Positions 10,239 through 21,397 of a stretch of 64,000 nt of DNA are shown piece after piece. The first letter of the stretch is position 1; each line of letters starts with the position of its first letter. Position numbers and translations under genes: made by a program. This stretch comes from a virus, in the IMG/VR virus record IMGVR_UViG_3300035698_020047, positions 18,081-82,080 of that record. The stretch is one strand, 5' to 3'. Under the pieces are notes generated by a model that ran no database searches, was not told the origin of the DNA, and saw only the letters and a program-made list of their open reading frames with translations.

Positions 10239-11588
10239 ATGGCCAAAACAGGCTATGGCGCATCTTGGTCCGTGGAATGTAGAATTGGTAAGGACAAGGT
10301 TCTTATTGGTGATAATAGTATTACACATTTCGAGTGGAAGAGTATGGTGAATGGAGGGTTCATAGTACGCATCAGAGCCACTGACCCGAATTTTCAGATG
10401 CTAGACAAAGTCATCGAGGCATCGGGTGCATTGCTTGAGACTGGGCGACAAACAAGTGAATTGACGCTGGTTGAATTTAAAATTAAATGGAATGGGACAG
10501 AAGAGCTACAAGAAACGAGAACGAGCCTAGCTCTTATCTCCAATCTTAAAGCTAATGGTAACAATTCGCTAAATGGTGAATTTGAATTCATAGCGGTAGA
10601 CCCAATTTCATATTTCCTTAACTCTGGCAAAAGCTCTGGTACTGCCTATACTGGTAAAATAGGCGGCAAAGACGGGGTTATAGCGCAAGTTTTTAATGAA
10701 TATGTGCCGTCAAAAGTGGGCGATTACAGCACTAGCATAGAGATTGATGAAACTGATGATGAAAGCAATACGTATTGGATGATGCGGCAGGATCCTAAAA
10801 CTTTCATTATGTCATTGTTGAATTGGTCGTGCCCATTCACTAAACACAAAACAGCGTGGAGTGTTTCTAGTGGACAGAATGCTGATGATCAAGTACTGAC
10901 TTTAAGTGTCAACGAGTCTTACACTGCGAGCCTAGTATATCCAGAGCCTAGTGATGAAGAAATGATCCTGACATACACTGGCGGGACGACTGATATTATC
11001 AAATGGGAGCTGCTGGCTGATAACTTTTTGTCTGCTTTGAACTTAAAGCTTCTAACTAGCGGTATGTCGGCAGTGTCTGGCGAATATTTCGACAAAGAAA
11101 CAGACAAGGAAGATGAGAAAAAGGTCTATGTTAAAGACGAAAATACACGTGGCAAAGTTAATCCGAAATTAACTTCAAAGCAGAGCTATACTAAGCCGCA
11201 AGATCCTGTTGATCGTGGTTGGACTCACATAAAAGCAGCACCAGAAATTTACAGTGCTGGCGATATAGGCTTCCGATACGATAGATATATCGATGGGCGT
11301 GCTAGGCAGATGTATATGGATATGCTTGGCATGTTAATGCGTATGAGGGTAACTGCAATGGGCCAACACAGATTGTTTGACTCTACAGGCCTTGGTAGAA
11401 CTAAAGTTAAATTAAGTTGGCAGTCGCCAGATCCAGAAGGCGGTGGGACTAAAACCCGCTTTTTAGATGGTGACTGGCTGCTTTATGGATGGCATCATAA
11501 AGCATCTAGGGCTGGTACGTGGGAGACTGATCTATATCTTTCTAGGCTTGATTGGGATGCAGCCAGCATTGGCAGCACTGGTAGTTAA
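10239..11588 (+). CDS. Putative baseplate hub protein (gp27/GpD-like)
   Basis: Directly precedes tape measure; C-terminal DG.WL....H....G.W.T.L.L.R typical of hub proteins; SD GGAG. Confidence 0.5.
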   Translation: MAKTGYGASWSVECRIGKDKVLIGDNSITHFEWKSMVNGGFIVRIRATDPNFQMLDKVIEASGALLETGRQTSELTLVEFKIKWNGTEELQETRTSLALISNLKANGNNSLNGEFEFIAVDPISYFLNSGKSSGTAYTGKIGGKDGVIAQVFNEYVPSKVGDYSTSIEIDETDDESNTYWMMRQDPKTFIMSLLNWSCPFTKHKTAWSVSSGQNADDQVLTLSVNESYTASLVYPEPSDEEMILTYTGGTTDIIKWELLADNFLSALNLKLLTSGMSAVSGEYFDKETDKEDEKKVYVKDENTRGKVNPKLTSKQSYTKPQDPVDRGWTHIKAAPEIYSAGDIGFRYDRYIDGRARQMYMDMLGMLMRMRVTAMGQHRLFDSTGLGRTKVKLSWQSPDPEGGGTKTRFLDGDWLLYGWHHKASRAGTWETDLYLSRLDWDAASIGSTGS

Positions 11589-11590
11589 AT

Positions 11591-14500
11591 ATGGCAGCAG
11601 CACAAGAAATGACATTTAAGGTGATGTTCGAGACAGTGGGGGAGGACCATCTTTCGAAAATCGGCGAAAAACAAATTGACAATGTAGAGGAGTTAACTGT
11701 AAAGGAACAAGACAAGCTCAAACTGATGGGTGAGCAGTTCACCAAGGTTGAGAAGATGTTGGCGATGCAGAAGGACATAGTAAAGAAAGCAGAGGTGATG
11801 TCTAAACTGCGCAAAGATGATGTTGATTCACTTAAAGCTCAGCAGGGCGAGCTCCTAAAAGCCGAAGTTGTTCTCGATAAAATTATGTCAACTCCTGGCG
11901 AGTTTGGCGTAATCGAGGGGCCGCAATTAGAGAATATCGCGAAATTGCAGAACAATATCCTTTCGGTTGATAAGGCGATAGGTGATGCGTTAGATTCTAC
12001 CAATGAGTGGAAGAAAGCATTGAAGGATGTGGGGCTTGATAAGCTCGGTACTAGTGCCAAGAAGTTGATGTCAATAGGCGGCCAGGTGGGATTCTGGGCT
12101 GGGATGTTCAAAGAGAATACCAGGCAGGCAGCATTATGGACTGATCAGAACTACCAATTGTATGGCAGCACGCAAGAAGTTGCAGATGGTATTCGAGGTG
12201 TGCAGACCCAATACGGATTGTTGCAAAAAGAGGCCGAGGTAGCCGCTAAGGCTGTGATGAACGTTTCGATGGCAGGCGACCCCGCGCAAATAAATGCTAT
12301 TACCGGTGCCGTTGGTCGATTTACGATGACTACTGGTGCTAATGTAGAACAGGCAGCTAAGATGGTTAAGCAGTACCAAATTTTGGGGTATAGCCTCAAA
12401 ACTGCTGAAAAACAGTTTAAGGCTTTGAGGATTGCTGCCGCTAACTATGGTATAACTGGCAAAGACATGGATGTTATTAACCAATATATGTCCAAGAACA
12501 TACATAATATGTCAGCAGCTGCCGGTGGATCTGCTGAAAAGATGGCTCAGTTGGGCAAGAATGTAGTGACAGCTGGAAGTATGGCTAAGCTGGCCGGGAT
12601 GGATATGTCTGAGTTCGGTGAGATAATACAAGCTCTTACAGACGACGCTACTAAATATGCTGTGCTTCTAGAGGGTGCATTGACCTCATCTGACCCAGGA
12701 GCTATGTTTTTGACTATGGGGAAGAATGCTGGTAAGGCAGTTGACTCACTTAAAGGCATTGAGAGCCATTGGCTAAAACAGAAGATTGCAAATGATACCT
12801 ATGGAATGTCGTATGATCGATTGGTGAAGATGGACAAGGCCTACACGAACCTTGAAGAGGCTACAAAAGCATCGGGGAAAGAGCTCGAAAAAATGCTAAA
12901 TGGGGAGGTGGACTTGACAGCAGCACAAGAGGAGGCGATTGAAGCATATAGAAATGAAACGGACGCTGGGCGACAATTCCAAATAGTCATGCAAGATTTG
13001 AAAAACATCTTTGTGACTATTATTGGCCCGATAGTTAAAGTCGCTGCAGCCATCGCATCTTGGATTGCGGCAGCGATGAAATTCAAGGCTGTTAGAATTA
13101 TCATAGGCATACTTGGTGGGTTGATTGTAGCTCTCGTCTTGTTGAAATGGGTAATAGGTACGTTTGCTATATTGGGCACTATTATACCACTCTTTAAGAG
13201 GCTCGGCGGGGCTTTGACCCAAACTTCGAAAGCTGCTGGGGGAGTGAAGGGCGGCGGCATATCTAAGACATTGAAATCGTTAGGAACGGGTTTAAGGCAC
13301 TTCTTCAAAAACATGGCGAGGCTCAGCTTGAAGGGTGTGTTTAAATTCGCCCTCGCAATGGTGATATTTGGCGGCGCGATGGTCGTTCTAGGTTATGCTG
13401 CTTCTTATGTTCCGCCCGGTAAGCTCCAGGAGCTGGCTACCAGCTTGGTGCTATTTGCCGGTGCGATGTGGATTACGTCGAAGATCCTAGACAAAGCATT
13501 CGGACCTGGCTTTTGGAAGGGGGTAGCGGGGATGGCCGTTTTGGGTCTTGTGCTCGTAGGGCTGGGCTACGCTGCGGCGCTTATTCCACCTACGACTCTC
13601 TTGTTCCTAGCCCTTGGAATCGCAGCGTTGGCTGGAGCGATGTGGGTATTGGGAACTCTGGCGGCTCCAATTGCTCTTGGCGCAGGAGCATTGATACTTG
13701 TTGCTGTTGGGCTCGCCCTTGTTGGTGCCGCTCTATTGATTCCATCGCTGACTGGCGATAACCTCTTGATGACATCATTGGGGCTGATGTCGCTTGCTGG
13801 ATCTATGATACTGTTCGCTGTGGCCTCTATACCATTCCTTATTGGGGCTGCTGCCACTTTGGCTGCTATGGTTGTATTGGGGGCCGCAATGCTCATCGGA
13901 GCTGTCCTAATCATACCAGCAGCGATATTCTGGGCTGCTGGCAAGCTAATTGGGTCTGGATTTGCGGCCATTTTTGCCGGGCTTCCTGGCGGGGATGCTA
14001 GCTCTTTAATAATATTGGGTAAACACGCATATAACGGGTTGTGGGGCTTAGCCGCCGGGATTAATGCTTTGACCGCTTCGAGCTGGTTTAAATTCTGGTT
14101 GGCGTCGGAGTATATTGGTGAAGGCTTGTATTATGTTATGAGAGGTTTGGCGGCTGCTGGTTCTGGAATGCAGAATGTGGCTGCTCTTGCGGAGGCGTTA
14201 CCTCAACTAGCGGCTGGCATAACTGCGTTTGCTATTGACAAGGAGACGGCCGCTGCCTTCTTTTGGACAGCTTTTAATATTGGCGATGGCTTATATTGGC
14301 TCAGTAGGGGTATACGTGACTCGTTCCTCATAATATTGTTTGCGCCACTTCTCGCAGTTAGCCTCGCTAAGCTGGGCTCTGGTATTAGGTCATTTGGCAC
14401 TTCCTCTGGGTTTGTTAAGGCCGCTATAGGATTTAGAACCGCAATCCGTATTATTGGCGATGGCCTAATGTATTATGGGTTATATGTTGAGAACGCTGCA

Positions 14501-14836
14501 AACAGAGTTCTTGCAGCGGTATTTAAAGTAGGGATGGCTCAAGAGGCTTTGAAATGGATGGGCCTCGACGAGATAGTTAAATCTGCTGCCACTGTAACGG
14601 TAAAAGCAGATGTTGAAGATAAGAAAAAAGAATCAGAAGATCGCCTCACGCAGTCTGAGTTGTTGGAAGACATTTTAACGTCAATTCAAGGATTATCTGC
14701 GGCGGTTGCTGGCCTTGTCACGGGTGGCGGCGCGGCTGATAAGGTTGAAGCAGTCCGCGAATTGTTGTCTAAATATCTCCCAGAGATTGCTGAGGGTGAT
14801 AGTCAGTTAAGCGTCGGAAATACAAACCAATGGTAA
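11591..14836 (+). CDS. Tape measure protein
   Basis: 1081 aa, helical Ala/Gly-rich with long hydrophobic repeats, located in tail module. Confidence 0.85.
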   Translation: MAAAQEMTFKVMFETVGEDHLSKIGEKQIDNVEELTVKEQDKLKLMGEQFTKVEKMLAMQKDIVKKAEVMSKLRKDDVDSLKAQQGELLKAEVVLDKIMSTPGEFGVIEGPQLENIAKLQNNILSVDKAIGDALDSTNEWKKALKDVGLDKLGTSAKKLMSIGGQVGFWAGMFKENTRQAALWTDQNYQLYGSTQEVADGIRGVQTQYGLLQKEAEVAAKAVMNVSMAGDPAQINAITGAVGRFTMTTGANVEQAAKMVKQYQILGYSLKTAEKQFKALRIAAANYGITGKDMDVINQYMSKNIHNMSAAAGGSAEKMAQLGKNVVTAGSMAKLAGMDMSEFGEIIQALTDDATKYAVLLEGALTSSDPGAMFLTMGKNAGKAVDSLKGIESHWLKQKIANDTYGMSYDRLVKMDKAYTNLEEATKASGKELEKMLNGEVDLTAAQEEAIEAYRNETDAGRQFQIVMQDLKNIFVTIIGPIVKVAAAIASWIAAAMKFKAVRIIIGILGGLIVALVLLKWVIGTFAILGTIIPLFKRLGGALTQTSKAAGGVKGGGISKTLKSLGTGLRHFFKNMARLSLKGVFKFALAMVIFGGAMVVLGYAASYVPPGKLQELATSLVLFAGAMWITSKILDKAFGPGFWKGVAGMAVLGLVLVGLGYAAALIPPTTLLFLALGIAALAGAMWVLGTLAAPIALGAGALILVAVGLALVGAALLIPSLTGDNLLMTSLGLMSLAGSMILFAVASIPFLIGAAATLAAMVVLGAAMLIGAVLIIPAAIFWAAGKLIGSGFAAIFAGLPGGDASSLIILGKHAYNGLWGLAAGINALTASSWFKFWLASEYIGEGLYYVMRGLAAAGSGMQNVAALAEALPQLAAGITAFAIDKETAAAFFWTAFNIGDGLYWLSRGIRDSFLIILFAPLLAVSLAKLGSGIRSFGTSSGFVKAAIGFRTAIRIIGDGLMYYGLYVENAANRVLAAVFKVGMAQEALKWMGLDEIVKSAATVTVKADVEDKKKESEDRLTQSELLEDILTSIQGLSAAVAGLVTGGGAADKVEAVRELLSKYLPEIAEGDSQLSVGNTNQW

Positions 14837-14840
14837 TAAT

Positions 14841-15500
14841 ATGGCATTTGAACTTTTAGAATTTGATAGGACTCTCGCTACAGAGCACATCAGTATGTCG
14901 CTCAAGAAGCCTGGGGATAAGGTCCATCCAGAATTGAATGTTGACATACCATTCCAATTTCCACCGATCATCGGCTCGGACAATAAGGAAGTTGATTATG
15001 AAGAAAAGGCGATGGCGAATATTGAGCCGCAGGTTACGTTTAAAAGTTCTAAAGCGAGAGCCATTGCGTTGAAATGGACTTATATAGTCACCGGCGCTGA
15101 GAATGGTGCGACAGCTCCAAAACCATGGAATTGTGCGTACATAGCTAAGCAGGTGAAGCAGCTACGTAGCTTCTTTTATCAGACAGCGGTACAATGGGCT
15201 ACGGGAAAGCAATTGGCCATCGGATTTCGTGGTTATGATATGGTTGGAATAGGCTCATCTATGAAACAACCTATTGATAGCAGTAGTAAACAGACGCCGT
15301 CCTTCACGTTCCGTTCAGATGGCGTTAAAGTCAAGTACAGTCCGACCGTTGTTCAAGACGGTAGTGGAGTGTTTGCACTCAAAACTGATTTGGAGATGAC
15401 AATCAAGTTATGGAGTAAAGCTGAGGGTGAAGACGGCAAACCGATGCTTGATTTGCCGTGGTTAAATACCGCCGAGAAGCTGACCCTCGACTGGAGATAA
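14841..15500 (+). CDS. Baseplate/tube initiator protein
   Basis: Follows tape measure; FQFPP.I.D motif. Confidence 0.5.
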   Translation: MAFELLEFDRTLATEHISMSLKKPGDKVHPELNVDIPFQFPPIIGSDNKEVDYEEKAMANIEPQVTFKSSKARAIALKWTYIVTGAENGATAPKPWNCAYIAKQVKQLRSFFYQTAVQWATGKQLAIGFRGYDMVGIGSSMKQPIDSSSKQTPSFTFRSDGVKVKYSPTVVQDGSGVFALKTDLEMTIKLWSKAEGEDGKPMLDLPWLNTAEKLTLDWR

Positions 15501-15503
15501 ACA

Positions 15504-15797
15504 ATGCCAATTAGCTTGCCCCTAAATTCTAGATATTTACGAACTGATCCCATTAAGTTTAATGGCGAAGAAACTATAGGCTGGTGGGCCGGTACCGGCT
15601 GGCTTGAATCTGAAGCTACTCAGACTATTGTGGCGACAGCGAGTCAAGCTGGGCGGCTGGACAACATCGCCAATGAATTTCTCGGCTCTTCTGATCTTTG
15701 GTGGACGTTGTTATATTACAATAAGAAAACTGACATTAATTGGCCGCGAGCTGGTGATGAAGTAGCAATACCCAATACTAGTTTATTAGGGACCTAA
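15504..15797 (+). CDS. Baseplate wedge LysM-like protein (gp53/X-like)
   Basis: SRY, GRLD.IA..F.G...LWW.....N, GD...IP. Confidence 0.8.
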   Translation: MPISLPLNSRYLRTDPIKFNGEETIGWWAGTGWLESEATQTIVATASQAGRLDNIANEFLGSSDLWWTLLYYNKKTDINWPRAGDEVAIPNTSLLGT

Positions 15798-17942
15798 ATG
15801 GATGATAATACTAGAAAAGTTTTTTCCGATTTCTTTAGCGAGAGAGCGGAGGCGATAGAAGAGCGGTTTGATGGGTTGTGGCGAGCTGTAGTGGTCGAGA
15901 CAAATGATCCACTGCGGATGCGCCGCGTCCGGTTTAAGATTCCTGAGCTTCACGATTGGACTCTTAAGCCAGAGGAATGTCCTTGGGCTGTAGCATCTTC
16001 CGATCTTGGTACGAAGAGGTGCGGCAGATTTTCATATCCGTGCATTGGCGACTGGGTATGGATACAATTCGAGAAAAACCATCCATACGGCCCTATTGTG
16101 GTTGGGTTTGCTGATCCTACAAGGAGAAAATTTTATCCATTGCCATCATTGCATGGCCAAACGCCGATCCCAGTCGACGAAAACAGCGATGTCGCTGACC
16201 AGCCTGAGGATTTTGATCCTGATTATATGCCAGCTGACGAACGGCCTATGAGCCACGGGTGGCAGGATCGATACGGCAACCTTGATATTCATGACTCGAC
16301 TGGCTTCTTCCCTATTGAGCATCTAATCCAGCTGCCACCACCAGACACTGATCAGCAGAGCAAGGGAAAGTTCACGCAGGCTATAGATCCGCCTGTCGCC
16401 AATGAACCCGATTCTAAGATGATGTGCCGGGTTTCAAAGTACGGTAACATAATGCTTCAGTCAGATATGGGGTATAAATGGAAAGAAGAATTCGATGGCG
16501 ATTTCGACGAAGATGAGCAATTTGAGATAGATAGGTGGCTATACCTTCAGAAACTCTTGCACGAAGATGGCGGTGATGGCCCGGATTGGCACGATCAGCG
16601 TCGGATGATGCAGCTTACCAGATATGGTCATAAGTTTGAGATGCGGGACGTTGGGTGGAATAAGACTAGGGAAAAAGAATACTCAGACGAGAAGAAAGAC
16701 ATAGGGGATGGTGAAGACGAACGCTGGATGAAGCTGCGGACAAAGGGTGGCATGCTCATCCAATCTAGCGACATTGGTATGGATCCCGAAAATGATGAAT
16801 TTACCAAGCGACTTCTTCAGGAGGAGGTTGCTGAGGTATATCTAGATAAAGAGGATCAATTCGACAAGATACAAGAAGAGTGGAATCAATATGGCACTCG
16901 CGATATGCGAATGCTGCGATTTGTGACTCGTAGCGGGATTAAGGTTGTTTTGGATGATCGTACTAGTCACGATGGTGGTGACTATCGGCTGCCGGCGAGT
17001 GCGTCAGACGAGAACAGGAAGAATGAGGAAATCGGCATAGGGGTTTTAGTTAAAGGCCGCGCGAATGCGGGCACTAAGGCCGACGGATACAATGACCTTA
17101 GTGGCGATCCTAAAGGATATTATTGGCAATTCGATGAAAGACCCGACCACAATAGTACTGCGTGGGGCACGCCTATGGGTCAGGTCATTGGGATGGACGA
17201 TAACGAAGAATACTTGGCTATTTGCAGCCGCCTCCCTGAACTGCCGACTGATTGGAAATATCTGTCAGACAATGAATTTCTTGAGCAATCTGTGGAGAGT
17301 CTCGAGCCGCATACTAATACGCACCATTTGATAATCGATCATGGCCGAGATCTTATTAGGTTAAAGTCACGTGCTGGCACAGGCGATGCGTCGCGTACTA
17401 AGAAGCTTGGAGAATCTGCTAGTGGTGAGCATGCGGGGCTTGAGATTCATGATGCCCCGGCAGATGACCCGTGGGTTGAGCTTATTGATATCGACAAACG
17501 TGGGCTGTGGTTTAACCGCCAGGATGGGGTTGGGATATGGCGTGGAAAAGAAGGCTCTAATGTTTACGTGTGGCTTGACGATAAGCAGAATAATATAATT
17601 CTTAGGAATGCCTCGGCCGGCGGCAAGGTGCAGATATACTGCCAGGGTGATGTCGACATAATATCTGACAAAGTTGTCGGCATTCAAGCCAATCAGATCA
17701 GCTTAAATGCGTCGTCTGAGATTAGATTAAGTGCTGCTGGGACTAATTATACGTTCGGAGCAGCACTTCATATGGGTGGTGACATTCACGCCCCGAACGT
17801 ATATGCACGATTCCCGTCTGCTGAGAGGCCACTTGAAGTAGCAGGTAGGGGTATCGGCCAGGCATCTGGCGGTGGCAGCGCCGCATCAAATTTACAAGTA
17901 GAAAGTCTGCCGCCTAGACAGGAGCCGAGTGATAGACTGTGA
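15798..17942 (+). CDS. Baseplate central spike/hub (gp5/VgrG-like OB-fold)
   Basis: A.VV...DPL...RVR..IP.LH, PWA, P.IGD.VW..FE.....PI..G. Confidence 0.8.
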   Translation: MDDNTRKVFSDFFSERAEAIEERFDGLWRAVVVETNDPLRMRRVRFKIPELHDWTLKPEECPWAVASSDLGTKRCGRFSYPCIGDWVWIQFEKNHPYGPIVVGFADPTRRKFYPLPSLHGQTPIPVDENSDVADQPEDFDPDYMPADERPMSHGWQDRYGNLDIHDSTGFFPIEHLIQLPPPDTDQQSKGKFTQAIDPPVANEPDSKMMCRVSKYGNIMLQSDMGYKWKEEFDGDFDEDEQFEIDRWLYLQKLLHEDGGDGPDWHDQRRMMQLTRYGHKFEMRDVGWNKTREKEYSDEKKDIGDGEDERWMKLRTKGGMLIQSSDIGMDPENDEFTKRLLQEEVAEVYLDKEDQFDKIQEEWNQYGTRDMRMLRFVTRSGIKVVLDDRTSHDGGDYRLPASASDENRKNEEIGIGVLVKGRANAGTKADGYNDLSGDPKGYYWQFDERPDHNSTAWGTPMGQVIGMDDNEEYLAICSRLPELPTDWKYLSDNEFLEQSVESLEPHTNTHHLIIDHGRDLIRLKSRAGTGDASRTKKLGESASGEHAGLEIHDAPADDPWVELIDIDKRGLWFNRQDGVGIWRGKEGSNVYVWLDDKQNNIILRNASAGGKVQIYCQGDVDIISDKVVGIQANQISLNASSEIRLSAAGTNYTFGAALHMGGDIHAPNVYARFPSAERPLEVAGRGIGQASGGGSAASNLQVESLPPRQEPSDRL

Positions 17943-18664
17943 TAATTAGATACCCAACCGGATCATATCTCTCTGTCCTTCCGCAAGAACCGGAAGACTC
18001 GGAGAGTGTTGTGTATACCATTAGTAATACTACGCCCCCGAGGTCTGAACTCAATTTTATGCAGATACCAGATGGTATAAAAAGGAAGCAGCGTGATCCA
18101 AAGACGGCTCTACCTTCGACGAGACGGTTCAATCTTGGCGACCTCGCTCTTACCTCAAAAAAGAACCGACCAGGGTCGATCGTAACTGGCAATCAATTAT
18201 TTTATATCGGCCAGGTGACTGAATTTGTCGACTCTACTGTTACTGACATAGGCGATATTAATAGTGCTTTAGTGACACAGCATGACCGGGTTTATATTGA
18301 CCCAACTCACATTGGGCTAGAGACGGATGAACTGGATGACATCTCATCTGAGGCCCTTGATGCTCAAGGGCAGATTCTTATAGAGCTAGAAGGTTTGCAA
18401 AAACGCAAAGATGACTTGCAAGTTGAAATTGTCAGCGAACAAAAAATACTTAATGATGCTAATAGGGTCATAGGAGCACTCGATATCATAGTGGACCTTG
18501 ATCCGGGCAATGTAGAGATGCAAGCTCTTAAGGTACAGACAGAAGAAGTTGCAGCAGATGCTACTGCTGCCATTGATGAGGCGGTAGTAGAGATAAATGA
18601 AATGCCGGCTGCGATTCGTGCTAAACACGATAAACTCAGAACCCTTGCTACGATGATAGATTAA
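17939..18664 (+). CDS. Hypothetical coiled-coil baseplate-region protein
   Basis: Coupled ORF with heptad-rich C-terminus. Confidence 0.55.
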   Translation: MIIRYPTGSYLSVLPQEPEDSESVVYTISNTTPPRSELNFMQIPDGIKRKQRDPKTALPSTRRFNLGDLALTSKKNRPGSIVTGNQLFYIGQVTEFVDSTVTDIGDINSALVTQHDRVYIDPTHIGLETDELDDISSEALDAQGQILIELEGLQKRKDDLQVEIVSEQKILNDANRVIGALDIIVDLDPGNVEMQALKVQTEEVAADATAAIDEAVVEINEMPAAIRAKHDKLRTLATMID

Positions 18665-18665
18665 A

Positions 18666-19052
18666 ATGCTTAATTATTTTGGATATAATCCGCCGTTCTT
18701 CGGTGGGCATCAAAATGTGATGTCCAGGCAAGCTGGAGATCGTTTGATTCAGAACGATGTCTTGCAGCTGCTTCTAACAGTGCCTGGCGAACGCGTTATG
18801 CGGCCAACTTGGGGAACGCTTATTAAGCCATCGATATTCGATACTATCGATGAAGGTTCTATAAATGCATTGCGAGAAAATATCGCAATAGCGCTTTCGA
18901 CATATGAGACCAGAGTCAATCTCGATATTAGCATTACTACCGAACAAGAGGGAACGGTATTGCGGATTCGTTTGTTCGGTGAATATACGAACGAGCCCAA
19001 TCATACATTCGAGGATGAATTGTTGCTGCCCATAATACGGGCGGAGAGTTAA
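18666..19052 (+). CDS. Baseplate wedge protein (gp25-like)
   Basis: LLT.PGER.MRP..G....FD, YE.RV. Confidence 0.9.
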   Translation: MLNYFGYNPPFFGGHQNVMSRQAGDRLIQNDVLQLLLTVPGERVMRPTWGTLIKPSIFDTIDEGSINALRENIAIALSTYETRVNLDISITTEQEGTVLRIRLFGEYTNEPNHTFEDELLLPIIRAES

Positions 19053-19053
19053 T

Positions 19054-20655
19054 ATGGCCGATACGACCGACACGACCGACACGACTGAACCCACACTATT
19101 TGACCTACCTGTCGATCCAGATGAGTTCAGCGTATTGCTGCCACCATCGGAGCTGCGGAAGATAGATTTTAGCGCACTAGAATTTGCAACGGCTCGGCGT
19201 GCGTTGGTAGAGTACATTAAGACATACTTCCCCAATGATTTTAACGACTTTATGAGCAATAATGGCGTTATGATGCTGGTAGAATTGCTGTCGTATCTGA
19301 CAGCAGTTATGAGTTTGCGAAGTGATTTGCTGGCGAACCAGAGTACCCTCCCAACGGCCACCAGTGAAGATGCGGTGGCCAATCATCTAGCACTTATTGG
19401 GCAGTCGATTTCAAGAGCAACACCAGCGATTGTTGACATTGAATGTGCGGTTGGTAGTCCGGTTAGCGCCGATATCAACATTCCACCTGGCCAACAATTC
19501 ACAATAAGTGGTGATGATGGGAGCGATATAACTTACGAGTTATTCAAATCCCCGACTAACCTTACTGGTAGTATAACTATTCCGTCGAGTAAACGCGGGA
19601 TTATAGGATATGGCGTAGAAGGTAGGTCGGACTCACTCACTGTTATAAGTAACGGGAACGCTGATCAGAAGATTACTATAAATATAGACGACGATGCTTT
19701 AGAGCAGCCGATTAGGGTTGAAGTCACTAATTCTGGTATTGTTGAAGAGTGGAATCAGATAGATCACATAGAACGAGCCATCGCTACCGATAAAGCATAT
19801 GAGGTAAGATTTTTTGAAGACAGAATGGAATTTGTTTTCGGGAATGGCATTACTGGTTCGATCCCGCCGGCAGGCACGCGAATCAGTATGGCATATAGGC
19901 TTGGTGGCGGCTCGCGTGGTAGGATTGGTGCTGGAGTGATAGATGAACAGAGATCGCTTACGCCAGAATTCCCATATACCGCCGCAGTACCTGTAAGTTT
20001 CAGGAATGTGACCCCTAGCTCGGGTGGTGTTGATAAAGAATCATTAACTGAAGCAAAGAGGCGAGCGCCGCTTGATTTTGCGACGCATGACTCTATTGTC
20101 ACTGAATCTGACTATGCTCAGACGGTAGCTTCGTTTAACCATCCAGTTTTTGGCACTATTGCGAAGGCAGTGGCAACTATTCGCACTAGCTTAAACACAA
20201 ACCTTGTTGAGATATATGTGCTCGCCGAAGGGCCCGATGGTCCAGTAGCACCCAGTGAGGGGCTGAAGCGATCTGTACAAAGTCAGGTAAATGAATTGAA
20301 TGTGCTGACTGACCATGTTTCGGTCTTAGATGCACAAATACAGGCGGTTGATATCAATGCCACGGTCGTAGTGAGCCGCAGTTCTGATGCGTCGGTTGTT
20401 GAAATCAAGGTTGAGCAAGCCATCAGCGACTTCTTCAATATTAAGAATTGGGATTTGGGCGAAGCGTTGTTTGTTTCTCAATTGTACGATGCGATGGTGC
20501 AAGTAGACGGAGTCAAGTACGTAGACATCTTCGACCCTGTCGATAACATATTGGCTACTGGGAAAGTGGATAGCTCCGACCCCGGAGTTGACATTAATGA
20601 ATTGATAGTACTCGGCAATACTGAGATTAAATACTATTATGAAGTGGCACGATAG
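19054..20655 (+). CDS. Baseplate wedge protein (gp6/baseplate J-like)
   Basis: F.DF...N.G..L.EL..Y, FGNG..G..P, YR.GGG..G, SGG.D.ES, VT..DY. Confidence 0.9.
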   Translation: MADTTDTTDTTEPTLFDLPVDPDEFSVLLPPSELRKIDFSALEFATARRALVEYIKTYFPNDFNDFMSNNGVMMLVELLSYLTAVMSLRSDLLANQSTLPTATSEDAVANHLALIGQSISRATPAIVDIECAVGSPVSADINIPPGQQFTISGDDGSDITYELFKSPTNLTGSITIPSSKRGIIGYGVEGRSDSLTVISNGNADQKITINIDDDALEQPIRVEVTNSGIVEEWNQIDHIERAIATDKAYEVRFFEDRMEFVFGNGITGSIPPAGTRISMAYRLGGGSRGRIGAGVIDEQRSLTPEFPYTAAVPVSFRNVTPSSGGVDKESLTEAKRRAPLDFATHDSIVTESDYAQTVASFNHPVFGTIAKAVATIRTSLNTNLVEIYVLAEGPDGPVAPSEGLKRSVQSQVNELNVLTDHVSVLDAQIQAVDINATVVVSRSSDASVVEIKVEQAISDFFNIKNWDLGEALFVSQLYDAMVQVDGVKYVDIFDPVDNILATGKVDSSDPGVDINELIVLGNTEIKYYYEVAR

Positions 20656-20656
20656 C

Positions 20657-21397
20657 TCACAAGGCTGCTAGCTGGTCCATTATGATTTTGTGGTAATTGG
20701 GACTCAATTCAACACCTAAATAATGACGGCCCTCTCTCCCAGCAGCGATTAGACTCGAGCCGCTGCCGGCGAAGGGATCGAACACACACCCATCGGGTCT
20801 ACACATTGCTTTCACCCAGATGCGTAATAACTCTACTGGCATTTGGGTGGCGATCCCATCAACTCTGGCTTTGTGCGTTCCGGCTATGCGTTTGAATGTG
20901 AATACATCATTTGGGCATTTCCCCCTTGAATCCGCTCGTTTGTCATTATAAGCCAGTTGCCTAGCTGAAGGCACAGCTACAGACCCCGCGTCGAAGAAGA
21001 ATTTCTTGTTTTTGACGTATCGTAGGATATGGGTTTTACTACAGGTGAACCTTTTCCGCGTGTCGAGGTTCCCGCTTTGGCCGAATTGGTAGTGCCATAC
21101 AATCCAGTTTGCACGTGTCAGTCCCAATTCTTTACGACACAGCACATCGATATCCGATACGTGCTTGTCGCTGATACAAATTAGGAGATTACCTTCGCTG
21201 TCGAGCAATCTCTTGCATTCGCTTATCCACGATTTACACCAAGCCAAATAATCATCTTCTGGTCGGTCATCGTTGTAACTATCATATTGGAAGCCGATGT
21301 TAAATGGCGGGTCAGCGATGATTAAATCCGCAAAGGGAGCCTTTACGTTCTGCATCCACTTTAAGCTATCGCCCTGTATGCAAGTGTCGATTTTCAT
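20657..21397 (-). CDS. DNA N6-adenine/N4-cytosine methyltransferase (beta class)
   Basis: Motif IV DPPF(N) N-terminal, motif I DPFAGSGS C-terminal. Confidence 0.92.
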   Translation of the reverse strand: MKIDTCIQGDSLKWMQNVKAPFADLIIADPPFNIGFQYDSYNDDRPEDDYLAWCKSWISECKRLLDSEGNLLICISDKHVSDIDVLCRKELGLTRANWIVWHYQFGQSGNLDTRKRFTCSKTHILRYVKNKKFFFDAGSVAVPSARQLAYNDKRADSRGKCPNDVFTFKRIAGTHKARVDGIATQMPVELLRIWVKAMCRPDGCVFDPFAGSGSSLIAAGREGRHYLGVELSPNYHKIIMDQLAAL